Positions 25,423 to 35,198 are shown, counted from the stretch's first letter. The stretch is 64,000 nucleotides of DNA from Prevotella sp. (GCA_017651265.1 JAGCDO010000001.1:4442-68441), one strand, 5' to 3'. Program-made: numbers and translations. The notes: a model not told the origin generated them from the sequence alone.

Positions 25423-26880
25423 TTAATATCCCTTAAGTTTATTCTTTACTATACTCATAATCTCATATAACGAATCATCTTTACGAATATATGCCATCAT
25501 AAAATAACACAGCATCCCAACAGGAATACCCACTAGTAACTTCATGGCAGGGGCGGCAACTAAACGCATACTCAAATATACGACAGCCCCCATCAGCAAG
25601 GAGTTGCTTAACATCGGGAGAAGTATTTTTATCTGACGACTAAGTCCATATCCTACAATCTTATTGGTATAATAGCAATTGATAAAATATACAATCACGG
25701 AATACAATGCCTTTCCCACCATCATCCAGATAATACCCAAAGGAAGACTGGCGAACAATAAAAGAAGCCCAATGGGTTTCTTAATAAACTCCAACTTAAA
25801 TGAAATATCTGTTCTTCCCTTAGCATACAAAATATTCATGTTGAATCCATTCAATGGGAAAAACATATATCCCACGCAAAGAATGCGCATATAAGGCACA
25901 CAAGGCAACCACTTGGCTCCGATTAGAACTTCAATTAATGGCTCTGCACAGACGATAAGACCAACCAATAACGGATATAATATAAAGAATGGTACTTTCA
26001 GTAGTTTCTCGTATGCACTAATTAAACGATCATTATCATTCTGCAATTTCACCAAAATGGGGAAATTCACACGTAAAGCAACATCATTAATGATATTACT
26101 GGGCATGGCAGCATACCCGTTGGCACGATTATAAAAACCTACAGCAGTAGGGCTGAAGCCCTTTCCGATAACCAAAGTATACAAATTTCCATAAATACAA
26201 TTAATGATGCCAGAACCTAACATGTTGCCACCATAGCTGAAAAGACTGCGAAATGACTTTCGGGAAAAACCGATTGTAGGTCTCAATCCGGAACATATCC
26301 ATACGATAATTCCTGAAATCAATGCACTGGCTATTCCCTGAAAGACCAATGCCCAGATGCCAAAACCGAAATAGGCAAGCAAAACACCTGTCAGTCCTGC
26401 TGTAAAAGTACCAACCAAGGAAATCTTGGACAGCGTGCTGAACCGTAAATCAATGTTCAGCTTAGCGAAATGGATACTGGTAAAGCCACGAATAATAAAA
26501 GTCAGTGCTGAAACATATATAATTGTTTTTAAGAGAGGTTCATTATAAAAGGCCGCTATACTGGGTGCAAAGATAACAAATAGGCCATATATAGTGAGGG
26601 ATGACACGATATTAAAGACAAAAACGGTGGAGAAATCTTCGCGCGTCCTGTTTTGCCGTTGAATCAAAGCGCTGGAAAAGCCAGAATCTGCCAATACCAT
26701 AGCCAACCCAAAGAAAATGGCAAGCATTCCGACAAGTCCGTAGTCGCCGGGAGCCAACATACGGGCAAGGTACAATTCTACTATAAATGTCATCACATGG
26801 TTCACTGATATTTCTATCAATTTCCATGTGGCACCACTGACTGCTTTATCCCTTAACGAACCTTCTGGCATATCAAACAC
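25423..26880 (-). CDS. wzx: Wzx-type oligosaccharide flippase (MOP/PST family polysaccharide biosynthesis protein)
   Basis: 485 aa with about 12-14 TM segments. The N-terminal KAVSGATWKLIE...VELYLARMLAPGDYGLVGM is typical of PST flippases. Confidence 0.8.
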   Translation of the reverse strand: MFDMPEGSLRDKAVSGATWKLIEISVNHVMTFIVELYLARMLAPGDYGLVGMLAIFFGLAMVLADSGFSSALIQRQNRTREDFSTVFVFNIVSSLTIYGLFVIFAPSIAAFYNEPLLKTIIYVSALTFIIRGFTSIHFAKLNIDLRFSTLSKISLVGTFTAGLTGVLLAYFGFGIWALVFQGIASALISGIIVWICSGLRPTIGFSRKSFRSLFSYGGNMLGSGIINCIYGNLYTLVIGKGFSPTAVGFYNRANGYAAMPSNIINDVALRVNFPILVKLQNDNDRLISAYEKLLKVPFFILYPLLVGLIVCAEPLIEVLIGAKWLPCVPYMRILCVGYMFFPLNGFNMNILYAKGRTDISFKLEFIKKPIGLLLLFASLPLGIIWMMVGKALYSVIVYFINCYYTNKIVGYGLSRQIKILLPMLSNSLLMGAVVYLSMRLVAAPAMKLLVGIPVGMLCYFMMAYIRKDDSLYEIMSIVKNKLKGY

Positions 26881-26899
26881 CTAATTGAGAAAATAGTAT

Positions 26900-27952
26900 T
26901 CAACACACTGTCTTCTTTAGGAACGGTATTTGGGCAATAATACCAGTTACAACGTATGAAGAAACAAATACGATTATCGTATAGATTATGAGCCAGTAAC
27001 CGGGATGAAAAGTCCGTGAATCAACCCCGAAACTGGAAGAGAATACATACATCACCAACATGTGCACTACATATACTCCTAAACTCATCTTAGACAGGAA
27101 TAGCACGATACGACGTAGATTTTGACGAATGCTCATACAATGACTCTGTGCAAATACAAATAGTGCCGCAGTTATAAAATAGATAAAAGGGGTCTTGTAA
27201 CTGTAATAATAGCCATCTGGATGATACCCCTGAAGAGCAGGAATATATGTAAACAATAATAAAAGGAAAACACTCATTATTCCAAGGATATAAACCATCT
27301 TCCGATAACGGCTATTTAAAGGATGTACTACCAAAAAATGTCCCAAAACAAAAAAATAAGAATAGCCCATGGCCATACTGAACTTAACCCTCTCACCCAG
27401 ATCTGTGAATATCTGAAAATAATTATCACTCGTCTTTTCTATCACAAACATAAACAATGGGACGACCACAGATACGAAAAAAGATAAAAAGATGAAATAT
27501 ATTTCCACTTTCTTGTCTTTTACAATCATCCAAAACAGCGGGAGACACATATATAAGCCTATCAGCATTTTCAAGAACCAAAGATGCAATGGGCCTGATA
27601 TAACAACACCTATGAAACCTAACAAGTTCGTATTACTGCCTATTCTAAAAGATGCATAAACAGCAGACCATACAAGATAGACAAGTAAAATCCTCCAAAT
27701 ATACTTCTTATATAACTTTTCTATGGTAATGTCATCCCGCTGAAGGAACAAGGCTCCTGAGATCATGATAAACACTGGTACACACCAGCGGGTCATCTGC
27801 CCAAAGAAATTCCGGAAAACCCATTCTGAAGAATAAAAGGATTCATCAAAATACTCGGCTGACACATGCAACAAAACCACAGCGAAAGCAGAGGCTATGC
27901 GCAAGATATCAAAAGCCCAAATTCTTTCTTCCTTCATCACCATAACACTCAA
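26900..27952 (-). CDS. Acyltransferase family 3 (AT3) membrane O-acyltransferase
   Basis: 350 aa and polytopic. ERIWAFDILRIASAFAVVLLHVSA. Confidence 0.8.
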   Translation of the reverse strand: MSVMVMKEERIWAFDILRIASAFAVVLLHVSAEYFDESFYSSEWVFRNFFGQMTRWCVPVFIMISGALFLQRDDITIEKLYKKYIWRILLVYLVWSAVYASFRIGSNTNLLGFIGVVISGPLHLWFLKMLIGLYMCLPLFWMIVKDKKVEIYFIFLSFFVSVVVPLFMFVIEKTSDNYFQIFTDLGERVKFSMAMGYSYFFVLGHFLVVHPLNSRYRKMVYILGIMSVFLLLLFTYIPALQGYHPDGYYYSYKTPFIYFITAALFVFAQSHCMSIRQNLRRIVLFLSKMSLGVYVVHMLVMYVFSSSFGVDSRTFHPGYWLIIYTIIVFVSSYVVTGIIAQIPFLKKTVC

Positions 27953-28905
27953 TTATCTTCACTTTGCCTTTTGGCGAAACATTTCTTCTGCAATTCAACA
28001 ATTGCTGGAAGTAATACAAGATTTGCTAAAATGAGGATATAAGCAGCGACATCCATTTTTAACCACTTACACACTATACATACACATAAGATCACAAACC
28101 AATGATAAATATAGAATTGCAAAGAATACTTGCCTATGTATATGAGAGGTTGACTAACTACATATTTCACGATGTACTTGCTAAGATTATTTAATGCAAC
28201 AATACCGAAGATAGAAAAAAGATACCACTGCAAACCTCCTACAGTTATATTCATCGTATGCATATCAACGCTGGAGTAACACAACATAAACATCACTGCA
28301 TATAAGAAAAGCGAAACGAAAAACACGAAGTGGAGATACTGATATTTTCTCAACCGATAGCCACAGTACATAAATAAACAACCTGCCATGATATTTCCCC
28401 ATAAGTATGGGATGTCTCCAAAGATAGGAAATCCTACTAAATGCTTTTTAGCATTATAATGGAACAACAGCAATAAAACACATAGAGCAGCGATAGCCCA
28501 CCAATAATTCCTTACCAACTTGAACAAGCACAAAGCGAGAAACAAAGATACTAAGAACCACAAGTGCTGACTACCAGGGAAAGAGCCCAACATGACAAAT
28601 TCTTTGATCGATAGTTTCCAGTTAACCGTTCCATTGAGTATAAGATACAATACAAATCCTACTACAGAAAAGATAAGGAACGGTCTGATTAACTTTGAAT
28701 AGCCATTCTTTAAAGTGTCACTCCAGTTCCTTTCTTTATAGAACATTCCAGACTTATAATAAAACCATGCCATGTAGAAAGGGAACAAATCCGTCAAAAA
28801 AGAACACCATTTACTTCCTGAAAAGAATCGTATATGCATCAAGATCATAGACACGATCATCAGGCCAGCAGCAAAATCTATTGAACAATCCCTTTTCATG
28901 AACAA
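27949..28905 (-). CDS. Acyltransferase family 3-like membrane protein
   Basis: 318 aa and polytopic. RDCSIDFAAGLMIVSMILMH is a divergent AT3 N-motif. It overlaps its neighbour by 4 nt. Confidence 0.65.
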   Translation of the reverse strand: MFMKRDCSIDFAAGLMIVSMILMHIRFFSGSKWCSFLTDLFPFYMAWFYYKSGMFYKERNWSDTLKNGYSKLIRPFLIFSVVGFVLYLILNGTVNWKLSIKEFVMLGSFPGSQHLWFLVSLFLALCLFKLVRNYWWAIAALCVLLLLFHYNAKKHLVGFPIFGDIPYLWGNIMAGCLFMYCGYRLRKYQYLHFVFFVSLFLYAVMFMLCYSSVDMHTMNITVGGLQWYLFSIFGIVALNNLSKYIVKYVVSQPLIYIGKYSLQFYIYHWFVILCVCIVCKWLKMDVAAYILILANLVLLPAIVELQKKCFAKRQSEDN

Positions 28906-28937
28906 AACTATGGCAAGTATCTATTGGGGTTACGTTC

Positions 28938-29975
28938 TTATTTCTCTCCCAGTAAATAATGGGATAATAGAGGACTAAGTCTAACGATATTACCTATCAA
29001 AATTGAAACGAAGATAATCAACAAGACTATTGCGGACGTGATGAAGAACTCTATCACAGGGTTTACATTATCCGAAAAGAATTGACCCAAACATTTTAGA
29101 TGCCGTGGAAGTATGAAATAGTGAATCATGTAGATATCCAAGGTTCTCTTACCGATATATTGCATGGTTCTACCCAATAATCTATCCTGAGAGAAAGAAT
29201 GCTGATATTTATAGAAAAATGCGAAGATAATCCATACACTCACTCCACCATATAGGATAGCTCCAACAGGTTTCCACATAGGAAGATTAATGTAATCGGA
29301 AAATAATACCATCAAGAAGAAAACAATGATAACCACAGCCATCACTATAGATTGCTCAATAAGTTTCTTCACTGCTAAGATATGCTTTCTCATTAAAACA
29401 CCCATAGTAAAGAATACATATAACCGCCAATGCTTCATTCCTAAATACTGGAACAAATCAGCCCCGATTTGTGTCTTTTCCATGATTGTATGAGAGAAGC
29501 TCAGACAATAGATAAGTAAAGCAATAACTAATAGAAAAATACTTTGATAGCTACTCTTTGCATACCTAACTACCGTCATTGTCAAAGTATAGATAACAAA
29601 AAAGAAAAACAATTGAACCGTAAACCAATACCATGAAGTGGAGATACCCCATAATGGATCAAAGCTAAAAGCAATATTCCAAAGATTTGCTAACTGCCAA
29701 CACAAAACGAGACAAAATACAACAGATGGTATGATAAGTTGCACGAACTTTCTCTTCCATATTCCAACAATACTTTTGCGCGTCCAGGAAAAGTCTTTTT
29801 TATATGCAACGAAACCACTGACAAAAAAGAACAATGCCAGGAAAAAGTTTACCAGAATATGATCAAACGATTTACTTGAATCGGTTTTGTAACAATATGT
29901 CCAAACATGCGAATACACAACAAGGTACATGCAAAAACCTCGAAGTGCATCAATATATTCTATTCGTTTGTTCAT
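28938..29975 (-). CDS. Acyltransferase family 3 (AT3), paralog of 8636-9679
   Basis: 345 aa. KRIEYIDALRGFCMYLVVYSH and RTLDIYMIHYFILPRHL..NPVIEFF..RLSPLLSH. Confidence 0.85.
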   Translation of the reverse strand: MNKRIEYIDALRGFCMYLVVYSHVWTYCYKTDSSKSFDHILVNFFLALFFFVSGFVAYKKDFSWTRKSIVGIWKRKFVQLIIPSVVFCLVLCWQLANLWNIAFSFDPLWGISTSWYWFTVQLFFFFVIYTLTMTVVRYAKSSYQSIFLLVIALLIYCLSFSHTIMEKTQIGADLFQYLGMKHWRLYVFFTMGVLMRKHILAVKKLIEQSIVMAVVIIVFFLMVLFSDYINLPMWKPVGAILYGGVSVWIIFAFFYKYQHSFSQDRLLGRTMQYIGKRTLDIYMIHYFILPRHLKCLGQFFSDNVNPVIEFFITSAIVLLIIFVSILIGNIVRLSPLLSHYLLGEK

Positions 29976-30901
29976 TGTTGCGTTGATAAGACAGGCTTTA
30001 AATGCTTAACAATTAGATTAGAATAAAACACAGAACCTTCATTATTAGTATGATATGGATTATCATACAAGAATTTATTAGGAACTGCTGATTCTTTTGC
30101 ATCAAAAAGCTGGTTAATACCTCTTTCTTCCATGAAACCAGCCAGCCGTTCAATGGCAAGTCTATCTGATTGATATTTCAACTGATGTCTTACTGAGGGT
30201 ATGATATATACTGTACACCCACGCTTCTTGATCTTGTTTAAACGATCGGCTATTGAAATTAAATATGTAGTGTTATTTGAAACGTAATCTGTCGAATCAA
30301 TTTTGCCCTTCCCAGGATATTGATAGGGTTCCTTTTCAGGCTTTATGATATCACCATACTCATCGATGCTATTCAATGTATAGAATTGAGTATCTTTCCC
30401 TGTCCATTTACTTTTTAAATAGTTTATCTTCCCTTTTAACAAAGGAAAAATGCCAGATACTACACAAGCTTTGTTAGGATAACTCAACTCAAAGAATTTA
30501 CTTGGATAATAATCAACTAAATATGGTACACTATAGGCATCGCTTCCTCCTTGTCCTACCCCCAAAAAGGAACTAAATGAGAAAAGAACGACATCCCCCT
30601 TTCTTGAATGTTTCAATGCATCGTTCAGATTTAAATCAACCCCCAGCCCTGCATGCAATCCCAAATTGGCAACATTAATCTTCAGACTGTCTTGAAGTAA
30701 CTTGGAATTAATAGACATGGCCACCTCGCTACCACCAAGAATTAAAAGGCGTTGCCCTTTCATGGTATCCAAACGGTTATACTTTAATGCATATCCCTTA
30801 TAATAACCATTGGGATTAGAAGGTAAAGAAAAGGCTATTATTGCAGGAAGGATATAAGCAAATAAGACCAGCAACAATAGGTATTTCAAGAACTTATTCA
30901 T
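29972..30901 (-). CDS. DltD-like / SGNH-like extracytoplasmic acyl-transfer protein with an N-terminal membrane anchor
   Basis: 309 aa. The anchor is FLKYLLLLVLFAYILPAIIAF. LLILGGSEVAMS resembles the DltD G-S-S-E serine motif. The C-terminal YDNPYHTNNEG resembles the DltD D..H block. It lies immediately downstream of the MBOAT gene. Confidence 0.5.
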   Translation of the reverse strand: MNKFLKYLLLLVLFAYILPAIIAFSLPSNPNGYYKGYALKYNRLDTMKGQRLLILGGSEVAMSINSKLLQDSLKINVANLGLHAGLGVDLNLNDALKHSRKGDVVLFSFSSFLGVGQGGSDAYSVPYLVDYYPSKFFELSYPNKACVVSGIFPLLKGKINYLKSKWTGKDTQFYTLNSIDEYGDIIKPEKEPYQYPGKGKIDSTDYVSNNTTYLISIADRLNKIKKRGCTVYIIPSVRHQLKYQSDRLAIERLAGFMEERGINQLFDAKESAVPNKFLYDNPYHTNNEGSVFYSNLIVKHLKPVLSTQQ

Positions 30902-30903
30902 TG

Positions 30904-32325
30904 TTAGAACTGGAAATAAATGAATTCGTTTCGGCCAAAATTACCAAATAACATGATTATATATGCTAATGCAATAGATGATATCGTATAGAATGACAAG
31001 AAATGCCGTTCGGCAAGTGATGTCTTTTTATACTCTATTGCATACTCTATCACAAAGAGCATGAAGAGAAAGAAGAGAATCCTTTTGTTATTCAAAAACA
31101 CCAATGCTCCATTAAGGTCTGTAAATATACGTTGTATAACAGTAAAACCATCACTTACTGTATTGGCACGGAAGAAAACTAATGCCAACATTACAAGGAA
31201 GAAAGTGACGATGCGGTTGAGCCAAAGCCACCATTCCTTTTTCTTCAATTTGTATTTCTTTTCAAACTTTTTCTGTCGTTTCTCTTTCAAGATACAAACT
31301 ACCAGATATATACCAAATATCGAGAATGATATGACATAAGTCCAATTAGCGCCATGCCAAAAACCAGAAAGGAAGAAGGTAAAGAAAATGCAAAAGCACC
31401 ACCATTTCTGACTTGTACTGCTACCAACCAAAGGATAATACACATAATCCATGAACCATGTGGTTAAAGAGATGTGATTGCGTTTCCAAAAGTCTTGAAC
31501 TGATACAGAAAAGAAATACGGACGACGGAAATTATCCATGAGTTTATAGCCCATTACGGCAGCACTACCAATAGCGATAAAGGAATAACCGGCAAAATCG
31601 CCATAAAGCTGAAAACAGAAGAAGATACTTGCCATTAACGCGCTTCCTCCTGAAACCTGCGTGTCAAGATGATTATAAACGCTATTTACCAAAGGAGCAA
31701 GATTATCAGCAATCACCAGTTTAAGGAAATAGCCCCATAACATCAAGGTAACTCCTTTTATGGCCATTTCCCCATTGAACTTATGTTTTAAATGAAACTG
31801 TTGGAGCAAATTGGTTGATCTTTCTATTGGACCTGCGACTAATTGGGGAAAGAATGACACGAAAAGGGCATAGGTAAAAAAGTCTTTTTCAACCTTTACT
31901 GACTTGTAGTAAACGTCAATAGAATAACCAAGTGCCTGGAAGGTGTAAAAAGAGATACCTACAGGCAATAATACTTTAAATTCGGGTATATGGATGGATA
32001 CACCTGCAACACTCATCAATGTAGTAATGTTGTCTGCAGCCCAATTGAAATACTTAAAGAAAAACAATATGGAAAGGTTGGCTACGATAGATATAGCAAG
32101 GATCGTTTTCTTTCGATTTTCGTATTTATCGATACCCAAAGAGGCTAAATACGTGATAACTGTACTTGCTAAAAGCAAGAGTGCATACACAGGTTCCCAG
32201 TTCATATAGAAATAGTAGCTTGCAACGAGCAAGAACATATTTCTCCATTTCAAAGAGGGTATTGCATAATACAAGATGCAAACGACAGGAAAAAAAAGAA
32301 GAAAGTCTAACGAATTAAATAACAT
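30904..32325 (-). CDS. MBOAT-family membrane-bound O-acyltransferase (DltB/AlgI/PatA-like)
   Basis: 473 aa and polytopic. FWKRNHISLTTWFMDYVYYPL and SGFWHGANWTY carry the conserved MBOAT histidines. Confidence 0.9.
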   Translation of the reverse strand: MLFNSLDFLLFFPVVCILYYAIPSLKWRNMFLLVASYYFYMNWEPVYALLLLASTVITYLASLGIDKYENRKKTILAISIVANLSILFFFKYFNWAADNITTLMSVAGVSIHIPEFKVLLPVGISFYTFQALGYSIDVYYKSVKVEKDFFTYALFVSFFPQLVAGPIERSTNLLQQFHLKHKFNGEMAIKGVTLMLWGYFLKLVIADNLAPLVNSVYNHLDTQVSGGSALMASIFFCFQLYGDFAGYSFIAIGSAAVMGYKLMDNFRRPYFFSVSVQDFWKRNHISLTTWFMDYVYYPLVGSSTSQKWWCFCIFFTFFLSGFWHGANWTYVISFSIFGIYLVVCILKEKRQKKFEKKYKLKKKEWWLWLNRIVTFFLVMLALVFFRANTVSDGFTVIQRIFTDLNGALVFLNNKRILFFLFMLFVIEYAIEYKKTSLAERHFLSFYTISSIALAYIIMLFGNFGRNEFIYFQF

Positions 32326-32328
32326 GAC

Positions 32329-33336
32329 TTACTTAATAGTTAACATGGTTCCACCCCAAGATAATCCTACGCCAAAACCAGATATCATCACTTTATCACC
32401 TTTCTTAATAGAACCATTATCAATACAATCTTTTAGACCAATCAATACTGTTGACGAGACTGTATTGCCAGTGTTAGATAGGTTTATGAAAAATTTGTCT
32501 TTGGGCAAGAGACAAAATTTACGTATGGTACTTAACATAAATTTGTTAGCCTGATGGAAAACATAATAGTCTATTTCGTCCTTCTTCAGTTCATTCTTAT
32601 CTAGAATATCGTTCATCATGGCCGGAACTGCATCTAGGGTGAAATTGAAAATGGCTCCCCCATTCATGTATAGATAATCATCATACCATATATGTTCCTC
32701 TTCATCTTCAACAAACTTGCCTGTCGGAGACTTTTGACGAGATGCACCAGTCTTGACAATCAAGTTGCTTGCCCCACTACCATCAGTACCCAAAGAAAAC
32801 TCACCAATCTCGGCAAAGCCCTCGGTAGAAATCAGACAAGCGGCTGCTCCATCGCCAAAAATAGAACGATTACTCTTATCTGATGGATGAAGGTATTTGT
32901 TATAAGTTTCTGCTGTTAACAGAAGGACATTGTGGGCTATCCCTGCAGATATCAACCCCTTAGCCATAGCCATACCATATATGCAGCCTGAGCATCCAAG
33001 ATTATAATCAAAAGCGCCTGCTGATGTTGGAATACCAAGTCGGTCTTGTAAAACACAAGCAGTAGAAGGAAGGAAATAATCAGGACTCTGCGTACAGAGC
33101 ATGATGAAATCAATTGTCTTAGGATCTACATCATATTCCTCGAAAAGTCTAAGAGCTGCCTTTTCTGCCAAATCACCAGCCGTTTCATTGTCAGCTGCAA
33201 TATGTCGAGAGTCCACTCCAACCTTTTGTGCCACTTTGTCAACACTCCACTCTGGGAACTCTTTCACGAGTTCCTCATTAGTTACCACCTTTTCTGGTAG
33301 ATAATACGAAATTGCTTTTATATATGCCATAATCAA
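32329..33336 (-). CDS. 3-oxoacyl-ACP synthase III (FabH-like KASIII)
   Basis: 335 aa. Cys in NLGCSGCIYGM, His in VFHQANKFM, Asn in SNTGNTVSSTV: a complete C-H-N triad. Confidence 0.85.
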   Translation of the reverse strand: MIMAYIKAISYYLPEKVVTNEELVKEFPEWSVDKVAQKVGVDSRHIAADNETAGDLAEKAALRLFEEYDVDPKTIDFIMLCTQSPDYFLPSTACVLQDRLGIPTSAGAFDYNLGCSGCIYGMAMAKGLISAGIAHNVLLLTAETYNKYLHPSDKSNRSIFGDGAAACLISTEGFAEIGEFSLGTDGSGASNLIVKTGASRQKSPTGKFVEDEEEHIWYDDYLYMNGGAIFNFTLDAVPAMMNDILDKNELKKDEIDYYVFHQANKFMLSTIRKFCLLPKDKFFINLSNTGNTVSSTVLIGLKDCIDNGSIKKGDKVMISGFGVGLSWGGTMLTIK

Positions 33337-33337
33337 C

Positions 33338-34081
33338 TCAGCTTCCCCCCCCTGATATTTTCACATTACTTCCTGTCATCCAAGTGGATGCATCTGATAA
33401 CATATAAACTGCGAGATTCGCAATATCCTCAGGCTGCCCATAGCGTTTGAGGGGATAACGTTTTTCATCTTCTTTCAGCTGTTCTTCGTCAACAGCTTCA
33501 TTCTGTATCAAATCTGTCCACACCATCGCAGGACTAATACAGTTAACCCTAATATTTCTTGGAGCCAACTCTAATGATAGACAATTAGCGTATGATATGA
33601 TGGCTCCCTTAGAAGCACTGTACATGGAATTACCCATACTGGGTGACCATGAGGCAATGGATGCTATAAAGACAATAGAGGCACCCTTGTTTATTTTCTT
33701 TTGCCGAAGAATTTCTGCTTGAAGCAACACAGGAGCTTTGAAATTGACATCCATCACTTGGTTTAAACTTGAGTCTGTTAAATCTTTGCACGGCATTCGT
33801 TGCCCAACTCCAGCACAATGTACTATTCCATCCAGTTTGGGGAGTTTAGCCACTAGACTTACGACTTGATTCTTATCTGTCAAATCGCCAGGTAATACGA
33901 TATGCCCACCTCCCTCCATCATGGAGAAGGTTTCTTGAAGTTTAGCAGTATTGCGCCCATTGACAATGACTGCTGCTCCCATCCTACTGCAGACTATGGC
34001 TATACCACGGCCAATACCAGATGACGAACCAGTTATTAGAATTGTTTTCCCGGAAAGCGAAAAAGGGTTATAATCAGCCAT
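33338..34081 (-). CDS. Short-chain dehydrogenase/reductase (FabG-like 3-oxoacyl-ACP reductase)
   Basis: 247 aa. ITGSSSGIGRGIA (the TGxxxGxG motif) and the catalytic YSASKGA (YxxxK). Confidence 0.85.
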   Translation of the reverse strand: MADYNPFSLSGKTILITGSSSGIGRGIAIVCSRMGAAVIVNGRNTAKLQETFSMMEGGGHIVLPGDLTDKNQVVSLVAKLPKLDGIVHCAGVGQRMPCKDLTDSSLNQVMDVNFKAPVLLQAEILRQKKINKGASIVFIASIASWSPSMGNSMYSASKGAIISYANCLSLELAPRNIRVNCISPAMVWTDLIQNEAVDEEQLKEDEKRYPLKRYGQPEDIANLAVYMLSDASTWMTGSNVKISGGGS

Positions 34082-34309
34082 TTATTTCGAGGCAATTAGA
34101 TTATAAAGATCCTCAACTGTTTTGCAGGAACGGACTTCCCTTCCTGTAATGGTCTTACCATATATGGTCTTAGACATAGCTATCAAACTCATAGCTGTTA
34201 AAGATGACCACTCGTCGAGTTCCTGATACTCTGTATCTGCCTGAATATCACTGGCCTCAACATCATCAAGTTGTTCTGCAAAATTCTCGATAAAACTTTT
34301 TAAATCCAT
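34082..34309 (-). CDS. Dedicated acyl carrier protein
   Basis: 75 aa and acidic. ELDEWSSLTAMSLIAM is the phosphopantetheine Ser context (usually DSL). It has the ..TVEDLYNLI tail common to polysaccharide-locus ACPs. Confidence 0.75.
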   Translation of the reverse strand: MDLKSFIENFAEQLDDVEASDIQADTEYQELDEWSSLTAMSLIAMSKTIYGKTITGREVRSCKTVEDLYNLIASK

Positions 34310-34421
34310 AGTTATACTGTTTATAATAATATTATTTTTTCAACACCCCACCCAGCGCTTCGCACACTCTTTCCCAACGATGCAAAAGGAATTGCAGATG
34401 AGCTGAGGTAAAGGAAAGGCA

Positions 34422-35150
34422 TCATAACTTGTAATATAAGTAACCGATGAGCTCGTGGAGGAGGGTTTGCCAGTTATTCATGACGGTAAAGGAGAACAGG
34501 GAGTTGCGTTTCCCCTTTTCCATGATGATGCAGTCGGTGGCATAGGGGTCCACGGGGATTCCGGCTTGCTCGAAGGTCATCACTGCGCGACGCATGTGTT
34601 CGGCAGAGGTGATGAGTAAGGGGCGGGCGCTCTTTAGGGAGTCGCCTAACTGCTCCAAAAGGAACTGGGCATTCTCGCGGGTGGTGGTGGCTTTATTCTC
34701 TAAGATCAGATCTGTGGGGGCCACGCCTAATCGTTCGATGTATTTGCGCATGCCGATGGGGTTGCCTGACTTGTCGTCGGGATTATCGGGGATGCGGTTA
34801 CTGCCGTCGGAAGCTAATACTATTTTCTTGATGGCCCCTTTATGATAGAGCTGGATTCCTTCCAAGAGGCGGTCAACATGTTTGCTAAAATCTGGTCGAT
34901 CGCGTTCCTCATCCCATTCTCCAAATCCGCCGAGGACAATGCCGTAGTGATAGGTTGTTCCTGGTTTAATCTCTGTTGTCAAGCCGTCGGCCCAGATATT
35001 TGACAAGAGGTTGTAGATGGGACGGCAGGTGAAGAACAGGGCGAGAGTAACTGCTGTTGCAATGAGGGTGTTCCGTGTGCGGCGTTTGCTGCGGAACAGG
35101 TAGGCTGCCAGGAGCAGGAGAAGAAGATAGAATACCGGAGAGGTGATCAA
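34422..35150 (-). CDS. YdcF/ElyC (DUF218) family protein
   Basis: 242 aa. An N-terminal TM helix is followed by GIVLGGFG...ILENKATTTRENAQF...LLITSAEHMRRA. Only a TTG start (35150) is available, and the frame stays open through the upstream heptamer array. Confidence 0.75.
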   Translation of the reverse strand: MITSPVFYLLLLLLAAYLFRSKRRTRNTLIATAVTLALFFTCRPIYNLLSNIWADGLTTEIKPGTTYHYGIVLGGFGEWDEERDRPDFSKHVDRLLEGIQLYHKGAIKKIVLASDGSNRIPDNPDDKSGNPIGMRKYIERLGVAPTDLILENKATTTRENAQFLLEQLGDSLKSARPLLITSAEHMRRAVMTFEQAGIPVDPYATDCIIMEKGKRNSLFSFTVMNNWQTLLHELIGYLYYKL

Positions 35151-35184
35151 GATGAGAGATGAGATGAAAGATGAGAGATGAAAG
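35150..35184. repeat. GATGAGA/GATGAAA heptamer array abutting the YdcF start
   Basis: Read directly: gatgaga gatgaga tgaaa gatgaga gatgaaa. Confidence 0.7.
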
Positions 35185-35198
35185 GTCTAAGGAGTGTA

